DNA from: Selaginella moellendorffii
Lineage: Eukaryota > Plantae > Lycopodiophyta
Length of the DNA stretch: 64,000 nucleotides
Direction: 5' to 3'
Assembly (NCBI RefSeq): GCF_000143415.4
Contig: NW_003314285.1
Span: 1,019,370 to 1,083,369, forward strand
Below, one piece after another: positions 11,947-23,715 of this stretch (position 1 is the first letter of the stretch; the number at the start of each line of letters is the position of its first letter). The translations under genes were made by a program, and so were the position numbers. Under the pieces are notes generated by a model. That model did not search any database. It worked only from the letters and a program-made list of their open reading frames with translations, and was not told where the DNA came from.

Positions 11947-14900
11947 ATGCATGCAGCTAGCAGGATGGTGAAGAGGAACCGTGCTGATGACGCTGAAACC
12001 TCTAGACAGGCGAATCGAGAGGAGGAAACTCCTATTAGAGATGCTGCGGAAGGGGCTGAGGCCGAGTCGGAGGAGGAAGAGCCAGATGCTGCGGCATTGC
12101 AGCGTACGGCTCAGGAAGTTGAAATCGAGAATTTGCGAAGGGAGATTCGCAAATTGAAGAAGGAGAACAAGAAGAGGAAGAAAGAAGCTGAGGCAGCTAA
12201 ACCAGCTAAGCCTAAGCAACCGGACTCCTCTTCGAGTTCTGAGGACGATGAAGTTCTGCAGCCGCCCCCAGTTGCACGAGTTTCAAAGTTCAAGCCTCCG
12301 AAACCGCCTAATTTCAGAGGCATGCGGGACTATCAGGTTTTGGAAGACTGGGTCTACGATATGGAGAACTACTTCATAGCGGCAGACGTAGATGATCGTA
12401 CGAAAGTTGCGTGCGCGCAATCCTTTCTCACCGATCATGCCAAAACTTGGTGGCGCCAGGTGTGTGCTGAAAAAGGGCAGACTAGAAGTTGGACCAAGAT
12501 GCGGTCTCGTATCCGTAAGGAATACTTGCCGGATGATCTTGGTCTGAGACTTCGCGCAGAGCTGCGGCGGTTAAAGCAGCGAGGGGACCTTATGCATTAC
12601 GTTAATGCGTTTGCTCAGAAGCGCATTATGATTGCAAATATGAGTGACGAAGATGCTCGGAGTTATTTCCTGGAGGGTTTAAGTTCACTTTCTCGAAATG
12701 AGATTTTGAAGTTTAAGCCGAAGACGTACCTGGAGTGTAAGGAGGCAGCACAGCAAGTTGCCTTTAGTCACTCGCTCATAGAACAATATCAGCAATCGTA
12801 TGCTGGTAATTCGGACAAGAATAAAAATTCTGGGAATAAGCTAGGTGATCGGAAACAAAGGGTGGAAAGTAGATACCGCCCTGGGGGCTCACAAGCTACG
12901 GTGAATAAAGGTGGTGGTGGTTGGAGACCACCAGCAGCTTCTTCTGGTCCTAGGCCCTCTGTTCCTCCTCCTGGTGGGTACAAGCAGCAGCAACCTACAA
13001 AACCTGCTCCTAGCGGAACGGGTAGTGTGGGCCATTGCTTCCATTGTGGAGAGTCGGGACATAGGTCCTCGGAATGTCCCAACAAGCATAAGACAAGGTC
13101 TCGGGTTAATGTCATGCGGGAAGACGGTGGTGGCGAAGCCGAAGGGGTTGACGAGTTGGTCAATGCAGACTATGAGGAAGAGGAGGTGAGTAACTTTCGT
13201 TGCTTTCCTCAAGCTTTTCTTGCAGTCAATGCAAACACTGATCCGTTGATGTATCTGGTAGGCTTTGTCCGTGGACACCGAATCCGAGTGATGATTGACA
13301 CGGGAGCTACGCACAGTGTGATATCCGAAGACTTAGTTAAGTTGTTAGGATTGAATGCTGAGCAAATGTCGCCTATGCACTTCCGGTTTGCGGAAGGTGG
13401 GCAAGTAGCCAGAAAGTTTGTGAGTGATGTTCCAATAAAGATATCCAAGTGGAAAGAAAGAGTGGACTTGGTAGTGTTGAAGATACCAGATTTTCAGATG
13501 GTGTTTGGTATGGATTTCTTCAACAAGTATATAAAAGGGATTTATGGTGCTGGACAAAGTCGTATCACGTTGAAGTCAGAAGGACATCCTGATGTATCCT
13601 TTCAGTTGCAAAAGCGTTCCTCAAAAGATTGGGATGCAAAGTTCCTGACTGCGAGGGCCGCTCAAAAAGCAGCTAAAAGGGGATGTCAGACATTTTGGGT
13701 TCAAGTGATAGAAGCTGAGGGTATTGGTGACTCAGTACGAATCGGCGACGGGGTTGATCCTGTACCAAAAAGGATATTGGAGTTGTTGGCGAGGAATCAG
13801 GATATCTTTCCGAAGGATTTGCCGCCAGGGCTACCACCTAGCCGTGAGGTTGATCATCGGATTGAGATTATTCCGGGTTCTAAACCACCTACGAAAGCTC
13901 CATATCGGTTGAACATCAAGGAGATGGCTGAACTCAAGAAGCAACTCATGGAGCTTCTTGACAAAGGTCATATCCGACCAAGCAAGTCACCTTATGGAGC
14001 GCCAGTCCTTTTTGTTATGAAAAAGGATGGAACCATGAGGATGTGTATTGACTATCGGGCACTCAACAAGATCACGGTTAAAAACAGTTATCCTTTGCCT
14101 CGCATTGATGACTTGTTTGACCAACTCTTAAAGGCTAAGTATTTTACGCGACTTGATTTGCGGTCCGGGTATCATCAGATACGGGTGGCAGATCAGGATG
14201 TAGAGAAGACAGCCTTTAAGACTCGGTACGGATCTTATGAGTTCCTTGTCATGCCATTTGGATTATGCAATGCTCCGGCAACGTTCAGCACTATGATGGA
14301 TAGAATATTCGGAGATTACTTGGATGCATTTGTTGTCCTGTATATTGACGATGTTCTAGTCTTTAGTGAAACGTTGGAGGATCATTTGAAACACTTGGAG
14401 CTGGTGTTTCAGAAGTTGCGCGAACACAAACTGTATGCTAAGGAAAGTAAATGCGCTTTTGGACAATTGCGCGTAAACTTTCTCGGACATATAGTTGGTG
14501 GTGGCGTGATTGAGGTCGATCCAAAGAAGGTGGAAGCAGTGAAGTCCTGGGAAGTTCCGACCACTGTATCAGATGTTCGATCCTTTCTCGGTTTGGCGGG
14601 ATACTATCGTAAGTTTGTCCGCAATTTTGCAAGGATTGCTCTTCCGTTGACTGAGTTGACGAAGAGTAGTATTCCGTTTCATTGGACACCAGTTTGCCAG
14701 CGTGCTTTTGCACGGTTGAAGGAGATCTTGACTACAGTTCCTGTTCTCAGGATCCCAGATCTTGATAAACCCTTCGAAGTGCATTGTGATGCATCTGGCT
14801 ATGCTATTGGTGCCGTGTTGCAGCAAGATTGTGACAAAGCGGTTGGTGTTACGCTAAGGCGACATGGTTGTCCCGTTGCGTTCTATTCCAAGAAATTGGA

Positions 14901-16680
14901 TGAGACCCAACGAAGATGGCCAACGCATGAGAAAGAGATGTTTGCTATAGTGTCGGCCCTGGAACACTGGAGACACTACTTGGGTGGACATACCAAGGTT
15001 TATACAGATAGTAACACACTAAGCTACTTTGCTACGCAGCCTAAGCTTACGCCGAAGCAGGCTCGTTGGCAAGAGAAGCTTGCTAGATATGATATTGAAA
15101 TCATATATAAACCTGGTAAAGACAATATTGTTCCGGATGCGTTGAGTCGTCAAGCTCAATTCCGGGCAATATCGGCAATCAGTTCGGACTGGTTGGAGGA
15201 CGTTCGGGCTTGGTATGGAAGAGATCCATTGGCGAAGACAATCTTACGCCGTGCGGAGTTGTCGAAGCAGAGCCCTGGTAGCGAAGCAGCAAAAGTTGCT
15301 AGTCGCACTAATGCGAAACTTCACTTCTCAGTTCGGGATGGGCTTATATTCTATAAGCAAGAAAGATTGTATCTTCCCTCTAAGGATCTTCAGCAGTTAT
15401 TTCTGCGGGAACATCACGATGTTCCAGCAGCAGGACATGGTGGACAACGAAAGACTCTGGCTTCATTGAAAAAGGGATTTTTCTGGTCTGGTATGGAAGA
15501 TGATGTAGCGGACTATGTCCGTTCCTGTCCTGTATGCCAGCAATGTAAGCGCAGAACTGAGAAGCAGGCTGGAAAGTTGCAGTGCATTCCAGCACCGGCA
15601 TGGCCATTTCAAAGTGTGACACTTGATTTCGTCACTTGCTTGCCGAAGTCTAAGGGTTATGATACTTTGATGGTGGTTGTGGATCGGTTGTCAAAGATTG
15701 CACACTTCGTTCCAACTGTGGGAACAGTAAATGCGAAACAAGCAGCAAAGCTCTTTTTCCATGAAGTAGTGCGGGTTCGTGGTCTTCCTGAAGAAATGAT
15801 CTCAGATAGAGATTCGAGGTTTACGGGGAAGTTTTGGGGAACCCTGTTCCAGTTGTTTGGTACCAAGTTGAAGTTTAGTACGGCTTATCATCCTCAAACT
15901 GATGGGCAGACCGAACACGTGAATGCTCAAATTGAGGATTATCTGCGGTACTATGTCGCGGCGGACCAACGCGACTGGGTTGAGCATTTGGATACAGCAG
16001 AAATTTGTTATAACAACACATTTCACAGCGCTATAGGCTGTTCTCCATGGGAGATGTTGCAAGGAAATGCTCGTGGGGTTCCTCAACAGATCGTTGTCCC
16101 GAAACCAATGACCGAAGTGTTGGTCCCAGCCGTGGAAACTTATGCAGAGCAGCTACGCCAAGGTTGGTCTAAAGCTACCGAGGCGATGGGCAAAGCTCAG
16201 GATAGGTATCGACGTGATAAAGATCAGCATCGTCGGGATGTATCCTATCAAGTGGGAGATCAGGTGTGGCTATCTTCCCGAAACTTGAACATTAAGGGTT
16301 CTCTGTCTCGGAAGCTCTTGCCGAGATATGTTGGACCCTATCGGGTGTTGCGGCGCATTGGTAATGTATCCTATCAGTTGGATCTTCCTGTGGAGATGTC
16401 CAATATTCATAATGTATTTCATGCCAATCTCTTGGCTCCATACACCATGGATGATGCACATCAAGCGGAGATTCGTCCACCACCAGAAGTTGTGGATGGT
16501 GAACCTGAATATGAAGTGGAAGCTATTTTGGGTACACGCTGGCTTAAGCGTGCCAAACGTCGGGAGTATCTCGTTAAGTGGAAAGGTTACCCATCTTGTG
16601 AATCAACTTGGGAGCCTCTTAGTAATCTTACACATGCTCGTGAGCTTGTCACGACATATGAGAATCGTAATAAAGATTAG
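11947..16680 (+). CDS. gag-pol: Gag-Pol polyprotein of D (start ATG 11947 or 11965)
   Basis: KPPNFRG gag, [14 protein letters not shown] knuckle, MIDTGA protease, YIDD RT, DAS RNase H, HHCC/DDE integrase, GPY and chromodomain (YEVEAIL...[17 protein letters not shown]). Confidence 0.96.
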   Translation: MHAASRMVKRNRADDAETSRQANREEETPIRDAAEGAEAESEEEEPDAAALQRTAQEVEIENLRREIRKLKKENKKRKKEAEAAKPAKPKQPDSSSSSEDDEVLQPPPVARVSKFKPPKPPNFRGMRDYQVLEDWVYDMENYFIAADVDDRTKVACAQSFLTDHAKTWWRQVCAEKGQTRSWTKMRSRIRKEYLPDDLGLRLRAELRRLKQRGDLMHYVNAFAQKRIMIANMSDEDARSYFLEGLSSLSRNEILKFKPKTYLECKEAAQQVAFSHSLIEQYQQSYAGNSDKNKNSGNKLGDRKQRVESRYRPGGSQATVNKGGGGWRPPAASSGPRPSVPPPGGYKQQQPTKPAPSGTGSVGHCFHCGESGHRSSECPNKHKTRSRVNVMREDGGGEAEGVDELVNADYEEEEVSNFRCFPQAFLAVNANTDPLMYLVGFVRGHRIRVMIDTGATHSVISEDLVKLLGLNAEQMSPMHFRFAEGGQVARKFVSDVPIKISKWKERVDLVVLKIPDFQMVFGMDFFNKYIKGIYGAGQSRITLKSEGHPDVSFQLQKRSSKDWDAKFLTARAAQKAAKRGCQTFWVQVIEAEGIGDSVRIGDGVDPVPKRILELLARNQDIFPKDLPPGLPPSREVDHRIEIIPGSKPPTKAPYRLNIKEMAELKKQLMELLDKGHIRPSKSPYGAPVLFVMKKDGTMRMCIDYRALNKITVKNSYPLPRIDDLFDQLLKAKYFTRLDLRSGYHQIRVADQDVEKTAFKTRYGSYEFLVMPFGLCNAPATFSTMMDRIFGDYLDAFVVLYIDDVLVFSETLEDHLKHLELVFQKLREHKLYAKESKCAFGQLRVNFLGHIVGGGVIEVDPKKVEAVKSWEVPTTVSDVRSFLGLAGYYRKFVRNFARIALPLTELTKSSIPFHWTPVCQRAFARLKEILTTVPVLRIPDLDKPFEVHCDASGYAIGAVLQQDCDKAVGVTLRRHGCPVAFYSKKLDETQRRWPTHEKEMFAIVSALEHWRHYLGGHTKVYTDSNTLSYFATQPKLTPKQARWQEKLARYDIEIIYKPGKDNIVPDALSRQAQFRAISAISSDWLEDVRAWYGRDPLAKTILRRAELSKQSPGSEAAKVASRTNAKLHFSVRDGLIFYKQERLYLPSKDLQQLFLREHHDVPAAGHGGQRKTLASLKKGFFWSGMEDDVADYVRSCPVCQQCKRRTEKQAGKLQCIPAPAWPFQSVTLDFVTCLPKSKGYDTLMVVVDRLSKIAHFVPTVGTVNAKQAAKLFFHEVVRVRGLPEEMISDRDSRFTGKFWGTLFQLFGTKLKFSTAYHPQTDGQTEHVNAQIEDYLRYYVAADQRDWVEHLDTAEICYNNTFHSAIGCSPWEMLQGNARGVPQQIVVPKPMTEVLVPAVETYAEQLRQGWSKATEAMGKAQDRYRRDKDQHRRDVSYQVGDQVWLSSRNLNIKGSLSRKLLPRYVGPYRVLRRIGNVSYQLDLPVEMSNIHNVFHANLLAPYTMDDAHQAEIRPPPEVVDGEPEYEVEAILGTRWLKRAKRREYLVKWKGYPSCESTWEPLSNLTHARELVTTYENRNKD

Positions 16681-16781
16681 CTTTTGTAAATCTTGTAATC
16701 AATCTTGCAAATCAATAAAGTAATATATTTCTATAAATCAAAATGTCGTTTCTCTTGTTCGTTCATACTTGGGTCAGTTTT

Positions 16782-17275
16782 GGCAGGCTGACTTCGGCAC
16801 TTCGGTGCATGGGTCCAATCCATAACCATGGGGATAACTATTATAGACTGATCACAAGTCCCCGCCTCTCTCTCGATGGCTCATTTTCGAAAAGGGGCGT
16901 GGTCGTGTAAACAACTTAATCTGCCAGTTTATAGTAGTTATCTAAATCTTCCCGACGGGGTTGATTTCTTGCTCAGGGGAAGTTGGGCCTCTGGCCTTCT
17001 CCCTATATCCCTGCGGGCAGGGATGTATCATTCCTTTGTAAGCCGAGTGGTCCTCGGAGCAGCAAGGGTGGTTAACTCTGTTAGTCATTTCCTTGTCGGT
17101 GACGGCCGGAGGGTGTCTGAGTCTTAACGTCTTTGGACGTAGAGGAGAGGTAGTTCCCTAACTCATTTAAGTCGGTGTGTTTCCCACATAGTGTGCTTTC
17201 CGTTAACTTTCGGAGTTGTTTCCTTGACGGTTTGCTAGACTCGGGTACACATCGACGAGGACGTCGATCTTCCCT
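16782..17275 (+). other. Conserved, covarying structured RNA region in the 3' UTR of D-family elements (also 40501-41000 + and ~6941-7430 -)
   Basis: Multiple hairpins (GCAC-UUCG-GUGC; 12-bp stem 16837-16848/16927-16938; CCGAG/CTCGG; ATCGACG/CGTCGAT) with compensatory substitutions between D, F and C. Confidence 0.7.
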
Positions 17276-17288
17276 AAGGGGGGGAGAG

Positions 17289-18207
17289 TGTCGCGAATGT
17301 GACTTCGGGTATCGAAAGATACTTGTCGACCAGTCCTTACGGGCACTCTTTCCTTACTGCCATGACGGTAGGAGGTCGGTACTGCTGGTTCCCTTTATTG
17401 GCCCCTCTTGTCCAAGTGTTAGTAAACTGGACTTAGCATCTGTACTTGGCCGGATGAGCATAAGGAAGGAATTCCTAAGTGTCTATTTAGCCAAGCATAC
17501 TTGGCCCGGCTTGTTAGTTCTCTTTTGCTCTGTCTTGCACTGGCTTGGCAAGAACCCTCACGTATTGAGACTAGTCCCTCAATATCGCCGGATGATAGCT
17601 TACCGTGTCTGCCAAACACCCTCGCTATCACGCCCTTTGTGTTGGTCTCATTTCAGTCCCGAATGCTATTTATGGAAGGTGTCTAGATTAGCTCATTTGG
17701 CATATCTACGGAATGTAGAGATCGGTCTGAACACAATGGTGTTCATCCCATGTCCAAATTCGCAATCTAAGGACATTCCATATTTAGTAAGTTTCGGACT
17801 TGTCCCAGAGACTAACTCCTGGTACTAAGGGAGGCTTGGGGTGAAAGCCCAAAGCGTGTGTCCCTCAAGGGGGGGGGGCTGTGGGGGGTTCCAAATGTAT
17901 AGTAGGGATAGTGGTTGGAATGCATGTCTGACCACCTGAGACATTAGTTTGGCTCCCGCTGGGCTGTGTCGCTCCTTGTTCTGCGTCCGGCTTGGGTCTA
18001 AGCCCAAGCTCCACGCTGCTCTAGTCGGTGGAGTACCCTCCTTCTCGCGTTAGGCCACCGGTATGCCAAAATTGTGCCAGACTCCGTCTGACACCATTTT
18101 GCGTGCAGGTGCTGGATACGGGGAGCTGGTGCTCGTGGGATTGTACCGGACCCTCATTTCGTAGCGCAACGGGCTTGGAGTTCGGCTCCAAATTCAGGTG
18201 CGCTACA
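17289..18207 (+). repeat. 3' LTR of element D
   Basis: Direct repeat of 10855-11773, preceded by PPT. Confidence 0.96.
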
Positions 18208-21200
18208 CCTATGTCCCAACTCTCCACAATGGAAGCAATGACCCACACTACCCATTCCACTAGGAGCAGGTTTTGCAAGTTGCTGCTGCTTATACCCACC
18301 AAGAGGAGGAACAGAGGGCCTAGACCAAAAGAAGCTATTGGTGGTCTCCAACCATCACCACCACCTTTGTTAACCGTTGTTTGTGAGCCTCCAGGGCAAA
18401 ACCTGCCTTCCACCCTCTGTTTCCGATCACCTTGTTTATTCCTAGAATTCCTATTCTTATCCGAGTTACCAGCATATGGTTGCTGATATTGTTCCATGAG
18501 CGAGTGACTAAAGGCAACTTGCAGCACTGCCTCTTTACACTTCAGGTACGTCTTCGGCTTAAACTTTAAAATCTCATTGCGAGAAAATGAACTTAAACCC
18601 TCCAGAAAATAACTCTGAGCATCTTTGTCACTCATATTTGCAATCATAATGCGCTTCTGAGCAAACACATTAATGTAATGCATGAGATCCCCTCGCTACT
18701 TTAACCGTTGCAGCTCCGCATGAAGTCTCAAACCAAGATCATCCAACAAGTATTCCTTACGGATACAAGACCACATCTTGGTCCAACTTCTAATCTGCCC
18801 CTTTTCAGCACACACTTGGCGCCACCAAGTTTTGGCATGATCGGTGAGAAAGGATTGCACACACGCAACTTTCGTACAATCATTTACGTCTGCCGCTATG
18901 AAATAGTTTTCTATATCATAGACCCAGTCCTCCAAAACTTGATAGTTCTGCATGCCTCTGAAGTTGGGTGGTTTTGGAGGCTTGAACTTTGAAACTCGTG
19001 CAACCGGGGGCAGCTGCAGAACTTCATTATCCTCAGAACTTGAAAAGGAGTTCAGTTGCTTAGGCTTAGCTGGTTTAGCTGCCTCAGCTTCTTTCTTCCT
19101 CTTCTTGTTCTCCTTCTTCAATTTGTGAATCTCCCTTCGCAAATTCTCGATCTCAACTTCCTGAGCCGTACGCTACAACGCCGCAGCATCTGGCTCTTCC
19201 TCTTCTGACTCGGCCTTAGCCTCTTCCGCAGCATCTCTAGCAGGAGTTTCCTCCTCTCAATTTTCCCGTCTAGAGGTTTCAGCGTCATCAGCACAATCCA
19301 ACTAAGCATACACAAGTTGCTTCAGATCTACTAGAAAAGTCTTTACGTATGCAACTTAAGTCAAAAAATCTGACAAAATTTGGATAGAAATCGCTAAAAC
19401 AATTTCTCTAATACCAAATGTAGCGCACCTAAATTTGGAGCCAAACTCCAAGCCCTTTGCGCTACGAAATGAGGGTCTGGTACAATTCCACGAGCACCAG
19501 CTCCCCATATCCAACACTTGCACGCAAAATGGTGTCAGACGGAGTCTGACACAACTTTAGCATACCGGTGGCCTAACGCGAGGAAAAGGGTACCCAACCA
19601 ACTACAGTAGTGTGGAGCTTGGGGTTAGACCCAAGCCAGACATAGAACAAGGAATGACACAGCCCAACAGGAGCCAAACTAATGTCTCAGGTGGTTGAAC
19701 ATGCATTCCAACCACTATCCCTACTATACATTTAGAACCCCCCATAGCTCCCACCCCCCCCCCCCCCCCCCCCTTAAGGAACACACGCTTTGGGCTTTCA
19801 CCCCAAGCCTCCCTTAGTACCAAGAGTTAGTCTCTGAGACAAACTTGAAACTTACTAAATATGGAATGGTGCTAGATTGCGAATTTGGACACAAGACGAA
19901 CACCATTCTGTTTGGGCCGATCTCTACATTCCATAGATATGCCAAATGAGCTAATCTAAACACTTTCCATAAATAGTATTTGGGACCGAAATAAGACCAA
20001 CACAAAAGGCGTGATAGCGAAGGTGTTTAGTAGACACGATAAGGTATCATCCAGTGATATTGAGGGACTAGTCTCAATACGCAAGGGTTCTTGTCACTAA
20101 CAAGTGCAAGACAAAATGAGACAAGAACTCTTTACCGAGTTAAGCATGCTTAAGTAATAGCACATAGGAATTCCATCCTTATGCTCATCCGGTCTAAGTA
20201 CACTTGAAATGCCCAGTTAACTCCATTAGCATAAGAGGGGATACTAAAGGGATCCAATTGTACCGATCTCCTGCCGTCATGGCAGTAAGAAAAGAATGTC
20301 CATAAGGACTGGCCGACAAATATTTTTCGATACCCGAAGTCACATTTGCGACAAGCTACTTAGTGAATAATGCAATATCATACTCTTGAAAGATCTCATT
20401 TATAGCATATGTGGTTTTCACCCTTTACCTTATAATAATTTATCATAGGATAATTATAGAGTAGAACTTAACTTTTAAGACACATGTGCCAAGGGCAACA
20501 AAGTGGGACCTAAGTTTCGAAGTTTTGAACTACTAAATAAAAAGATAGTGCCAAACTCCCAAACATGCAACTAAGGAGCAAAAGAACAAAAGTGTGGAGT
20601 AATTTCCAAGCATACAACCAAGGAATGAAAGAATAAGAGTATAAAGCAACATTAAAATAATTCTAGAGTATTTAACATTTTTTAACATGAAGTCTAATAT
20701 GCAAAATGGAGCCAAACAAAGTTTCACACTATATTAGCATATTAATGGCCTAATGTGAAGAAATGAGTACTTCACCAACTAGTATGATATAGAAATTAAG
20801 TTTAGACTCAAAACAGACACAAAAAAAGAATAAACACATCTAAACAATATTTTAAGTTTGTTGGCCATACCTTACCTATCCATTATCTCTATTATACATT
20901 TGGAACCCCCTAAAACACAATATTAACTTCTAACTATACTGGTAATTGAAATATATTATTCAAACTTTTAAGCAATATTTTTTATGTTTTATTTTCCATC
21001 AATAGGATAATTAGGTTGAGTTTTTTTTCTTTTACCGAGTTTTCTTATAATAACTTTATCATTCTTTAACACATCACTTTTCATTCTTCATACACTATTG
21101 TTATCATCCTTATTGGTTAATTATTCAACTAAGTTTGCTGTATTGATGAGCATTTTTCCACTTGTCTAAAGTAACTTCATCTATAAAGCATTTATGCCAC

Positions 21201-21360
21201 AATGTGGGACACACTATAAAGTGGGTTGTATAATATTAATTTAATATTAAATTATTTATACTTATATTAAATTTACTATAAAATTTCCAAATGTCTATTT
21301 TAATAAGATTTAAAACCTTACAGAAGTTTAAAATTTACTCTTATAATTGTTTTATAAGTA

Positions 21361-22236
21361 ATGTTTTACTTCTTGATAAGTACAATAATATTTTTAGATA
21401 TGGGTTTTGTTCCAAAGGTAAATTGGGGAATTAATCATACATTACTTCAACATGAAGTTCGCACTATTATTGATGGAATTCAAACCATTGAATCTCGAGT
21501 TAATAAATCTCGTCGTGATTATTTATCTAATTATGATGATTGGGAATCAGTAGATTTTGGGCGTGGAGCTGCTTTAATATTGTTTGAGCGCTTAGATGGA
21601 GATCCTCCAAATTGTATAGTGGGTAATGTTTTAAATACTGAAATTACAGGTACTGCAATTAGAACTGGTATTAATCTTTTAAAGAATAACTATAAATTAG
21701 AAATGATAAATGCATGCTCTAGCATGTGTGATATTACAAATAAAAATTATAGACTTAGATATATTGTTGACAAATGGTGGAATTATAGCTCTTCTATGAA
21801 ACCTTTACAAATACCTTTCCCAAATTCTGTGGATTATATAAATTGTGATAACTCTAAAAGCACATTATATGCTAGATTTCCTAAGTATCATTTACTAACT
21901 AATGAATTTTTAATATCACCAAATGGTAAAAATATACTATATATATTATCAAATTGTACAATTGCATTATATTCTGGAAAAAAGCTCTTATGGATTTCTG
22001 ATAATAAAAATGTTTATTGGGAATTATGCAAACTTGTATTACAAGAAAATGGTAATGTTTTATTGAAAACGAATAAAGAAAAACAAATGTGGTCCATAAA
22101 TAAATATTGTAATTGTAAAATTATTACATTTATTACGGTTCAAAATGACTGTAATCTTGTAGTTTATTTATTTAGGCCATTAAAAAAAGTTTGGTGGGCT
22201 ACAAATACTCATACTCATCAAGATTGTATCAAATAA
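21361..22236 (+). CDS. Secreted protein: signal peptide, unrecognised ~130-aa domain, C-terminal bulb-type (GNA/B-) lectin domain; intronless, very AT-rich
   Basis: Hydrophobic N-terminus. LISPNG...LYSGKKLLW, CKLVLQENGNVLL...MWS and canonical QxDxNxVxY (QNDCNLVVY)...WWATNT. Paralog at 29079. Confidence 0.8.
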   Translation: MFYFLISTIIFLDMGFVPKVNWGINHTLLQHEVRTIIDGIQTIESRVNKSRRDYLSNYDDWESVDFGRGAALILFERLDGDPPNCIVGNVLNTEITGTAIRTGINLLKNNYKLEMINACSSMCDITNKNYRLRYIVDKWWNYSSSMKPLQIPFPNSVDYINCDNSKSTLYARFPKYHLLTNEFLISPNGKNILYILSNCTIALYSGKKLLWISDNKNVYWELCKLVLQENGNVLLKTNKEKQMWSINKYCNCKIITFITVQNDCNLVVYLFRPLKKVWWATNTHTHQDCIK

Positions 22237-22462
22237 ATCTATAGTATACTAATTATTGAATCAATATAAATTGAGATTTATTTGATTAAGTTCGATGTTT
22301 TATAATTAATTTAACCAATATATGATTAAACTCATCTTGAAGTTTCTTTAACTTAGTCACTTTTGATTCTTCAAGACAAATGCGCAACTAGCAAATTCTT
22401 AAATGGATTTAATGTTTTGCCCTAGAGCTTTTGAAGCTATTAAAACAAGAAACGTTTATTCA

Positions 22463-23497
22463 TCAGTCTATTTCCACGTCCAGTATATCATCCAGCTCCT
22501 CAACCACGGTGTGAGTGTGAGTCTCACCACCATCGCCTCTCATCCTCAGCTCCGCGATTTCCATGTCCAGCGTTGCATCCCGGACAAGATTTTGGAGCGA
22601 AATGTTCTTCGGACATCCTGGAACGACATACAGATGTCTTCAAGAGATTTGGAAGAAGCAAACCTGCAACGGCACAGCGCTTGCTCTGCAACCGGCTGCC
22701 GATGTAGCCTCTGGCAGCAGGAAGATCATATATATGCCGGCACTCGGAGCTGCGAAGCAAAAAACATGAATAAAAAAGGTGTGAGATGTTATTTCCTGCA
22801 TACCATCGAACCGGATTCTCAAGCTCCGTGACGTGTTTTCCAGAGATCGGGCATGTTCGGTTCAAGATCCCGGCTTGAGTGGTGCACAGAATCTCCGCTT
22901 GCTCTTGTCCAGGCATTGGAACACCCGAGTTGTGAACGTTCTGATGAGATAAAACGTTTTATTGTAAAGAATGAAGAAGTTTCATACCCAAATGGCTTCC
23001 TCGAAGTGCTTGTAAATCGGGTGGTCCTTTGGATTCGTAGCTGGAAAAGCTTGCATCTCAGCCTCGCAAGATTTGCTAAAGTCTGTAGGCTATGACAAAA
23101 CTCTCTTTTTAGTAGTTGAGAGAGTAGTATCCTACCTGATTTGCTGTAAACTGATAGCTCGCTTTGAGAGCCTGCATTGCCTTTCGGTGGCGCTCAAGCT
23201 CATCCGTAGCGGTCAAGAGCTCAAGAACTGCCTCATCCAGTTTTTTCACCTTGAAGGAAAAAAACAAGAGAACAGAGTGAGATTCATAGAAACTCTTGGC
23301 GAGAAAAAACCAAACCTCATCGCAGCCACGGGCTGCACGCTCCACATCCTCGGCGATGAGCTTAATCAACACTAGATTCGATTGCATATCCTGCCAATCG
23401 CCTCCTCATTCCCCCCGCCAGACGAAGAATAGAAAGAATCGCTCACCGAGACCAGCGATCGGGTGGAATCGTCGACACTGTCGAAAGCTCTGTCCAT
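22463..23497 (-). CDS. MMS21: E3 SUMO ligase MMS21/NSE2 (HPY2), multi-exon
   Basis: SP-RING CPISGKHVTELENPVR-SSECRHIYD...CAVAGC, preceded by VHNSGVPMPGQEQAEI. GT-AG introns; ATG 23497, TGA 22463-22465. Confidence 0.88.
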
Positions 23498-23715
23498 AGC
23501 GATTGCTGGCGCAGCGCCCACAAACCCTAGAATATTTCCACTAAATATCCCACGCAAAACGAGGCTTCCATTCAGGAGCTTTCTTCTTTCTCTCATTTAA
23601 CCAAACCCTAATCTCATAACCGCCATTGTTGGGCGGAGAAGAGCGATCGAGAAGGAGCGATCGAGTTGGGGCTTTGCGGGGCGGCGGCGGCGCGGCGATC
23701 TTTCTCTCCCCGTCC
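23498..23715. promoter_or_regulatory. ~220-bp bidirectional promoter with telo-box motifs
   Basis: Divergent ATGs at 23497 and 23716. AAACCCTAG ~23522 and AAACCCTAA ~23603. Confidence 0.55.

Larger units (their letters stand above)
10855..18207 (+). mobile_element. Intact, young Ty3/gypsy chromovirus D
   Basis: 919-bp LTRs (10855-11773, 17289-18207) differ at 3 positions I could find. TSD CCTAT at 10850-10854 and 18208-18212. PBS TGGTATCAGAG at 11776-11786 (tRNA-iMet); PPT at 17276-17288; single uninterrupted gag-pol ORF. Confidence 0.97.
6739..20353 (-). mobile_element. Degenerate chromovirus C (same family as D): 5' LTR 19419-20353, 3' LTR remnant 6739-6926, interrupted by D and B
   Basis: Minus-strand ORF fragments (18696-19142 gag, 10442-10669 PR, 9094-10140 RT, 7888-8361 IN, 7533-7721 chromo) are near-identical to the D polyprotein. 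Mutated PBS ctctaatacca at 19406-19416; PPT at 6927-6940; many stops and frameshifts. Confidence 0.92.

Noticed and set aside
17036-17066. GUAAG-stem-AGCAGC resemblance to SRP RNA helix 8
   Set aside because: The 5' loop strand is one nucleotide short of the CAGG/GAGG consensus and no other SRP features are present. Kept only as part of the structured region.
17175-17828. 217-aa ORF spanning D's 3' UTR and LTR (also 10819-11394) as an extra env-like gene
   Set aside because: Starts at GTG, crosses the PPT/LTR boundary, has no recognisable domain, and the frame is not preserved in F or C.
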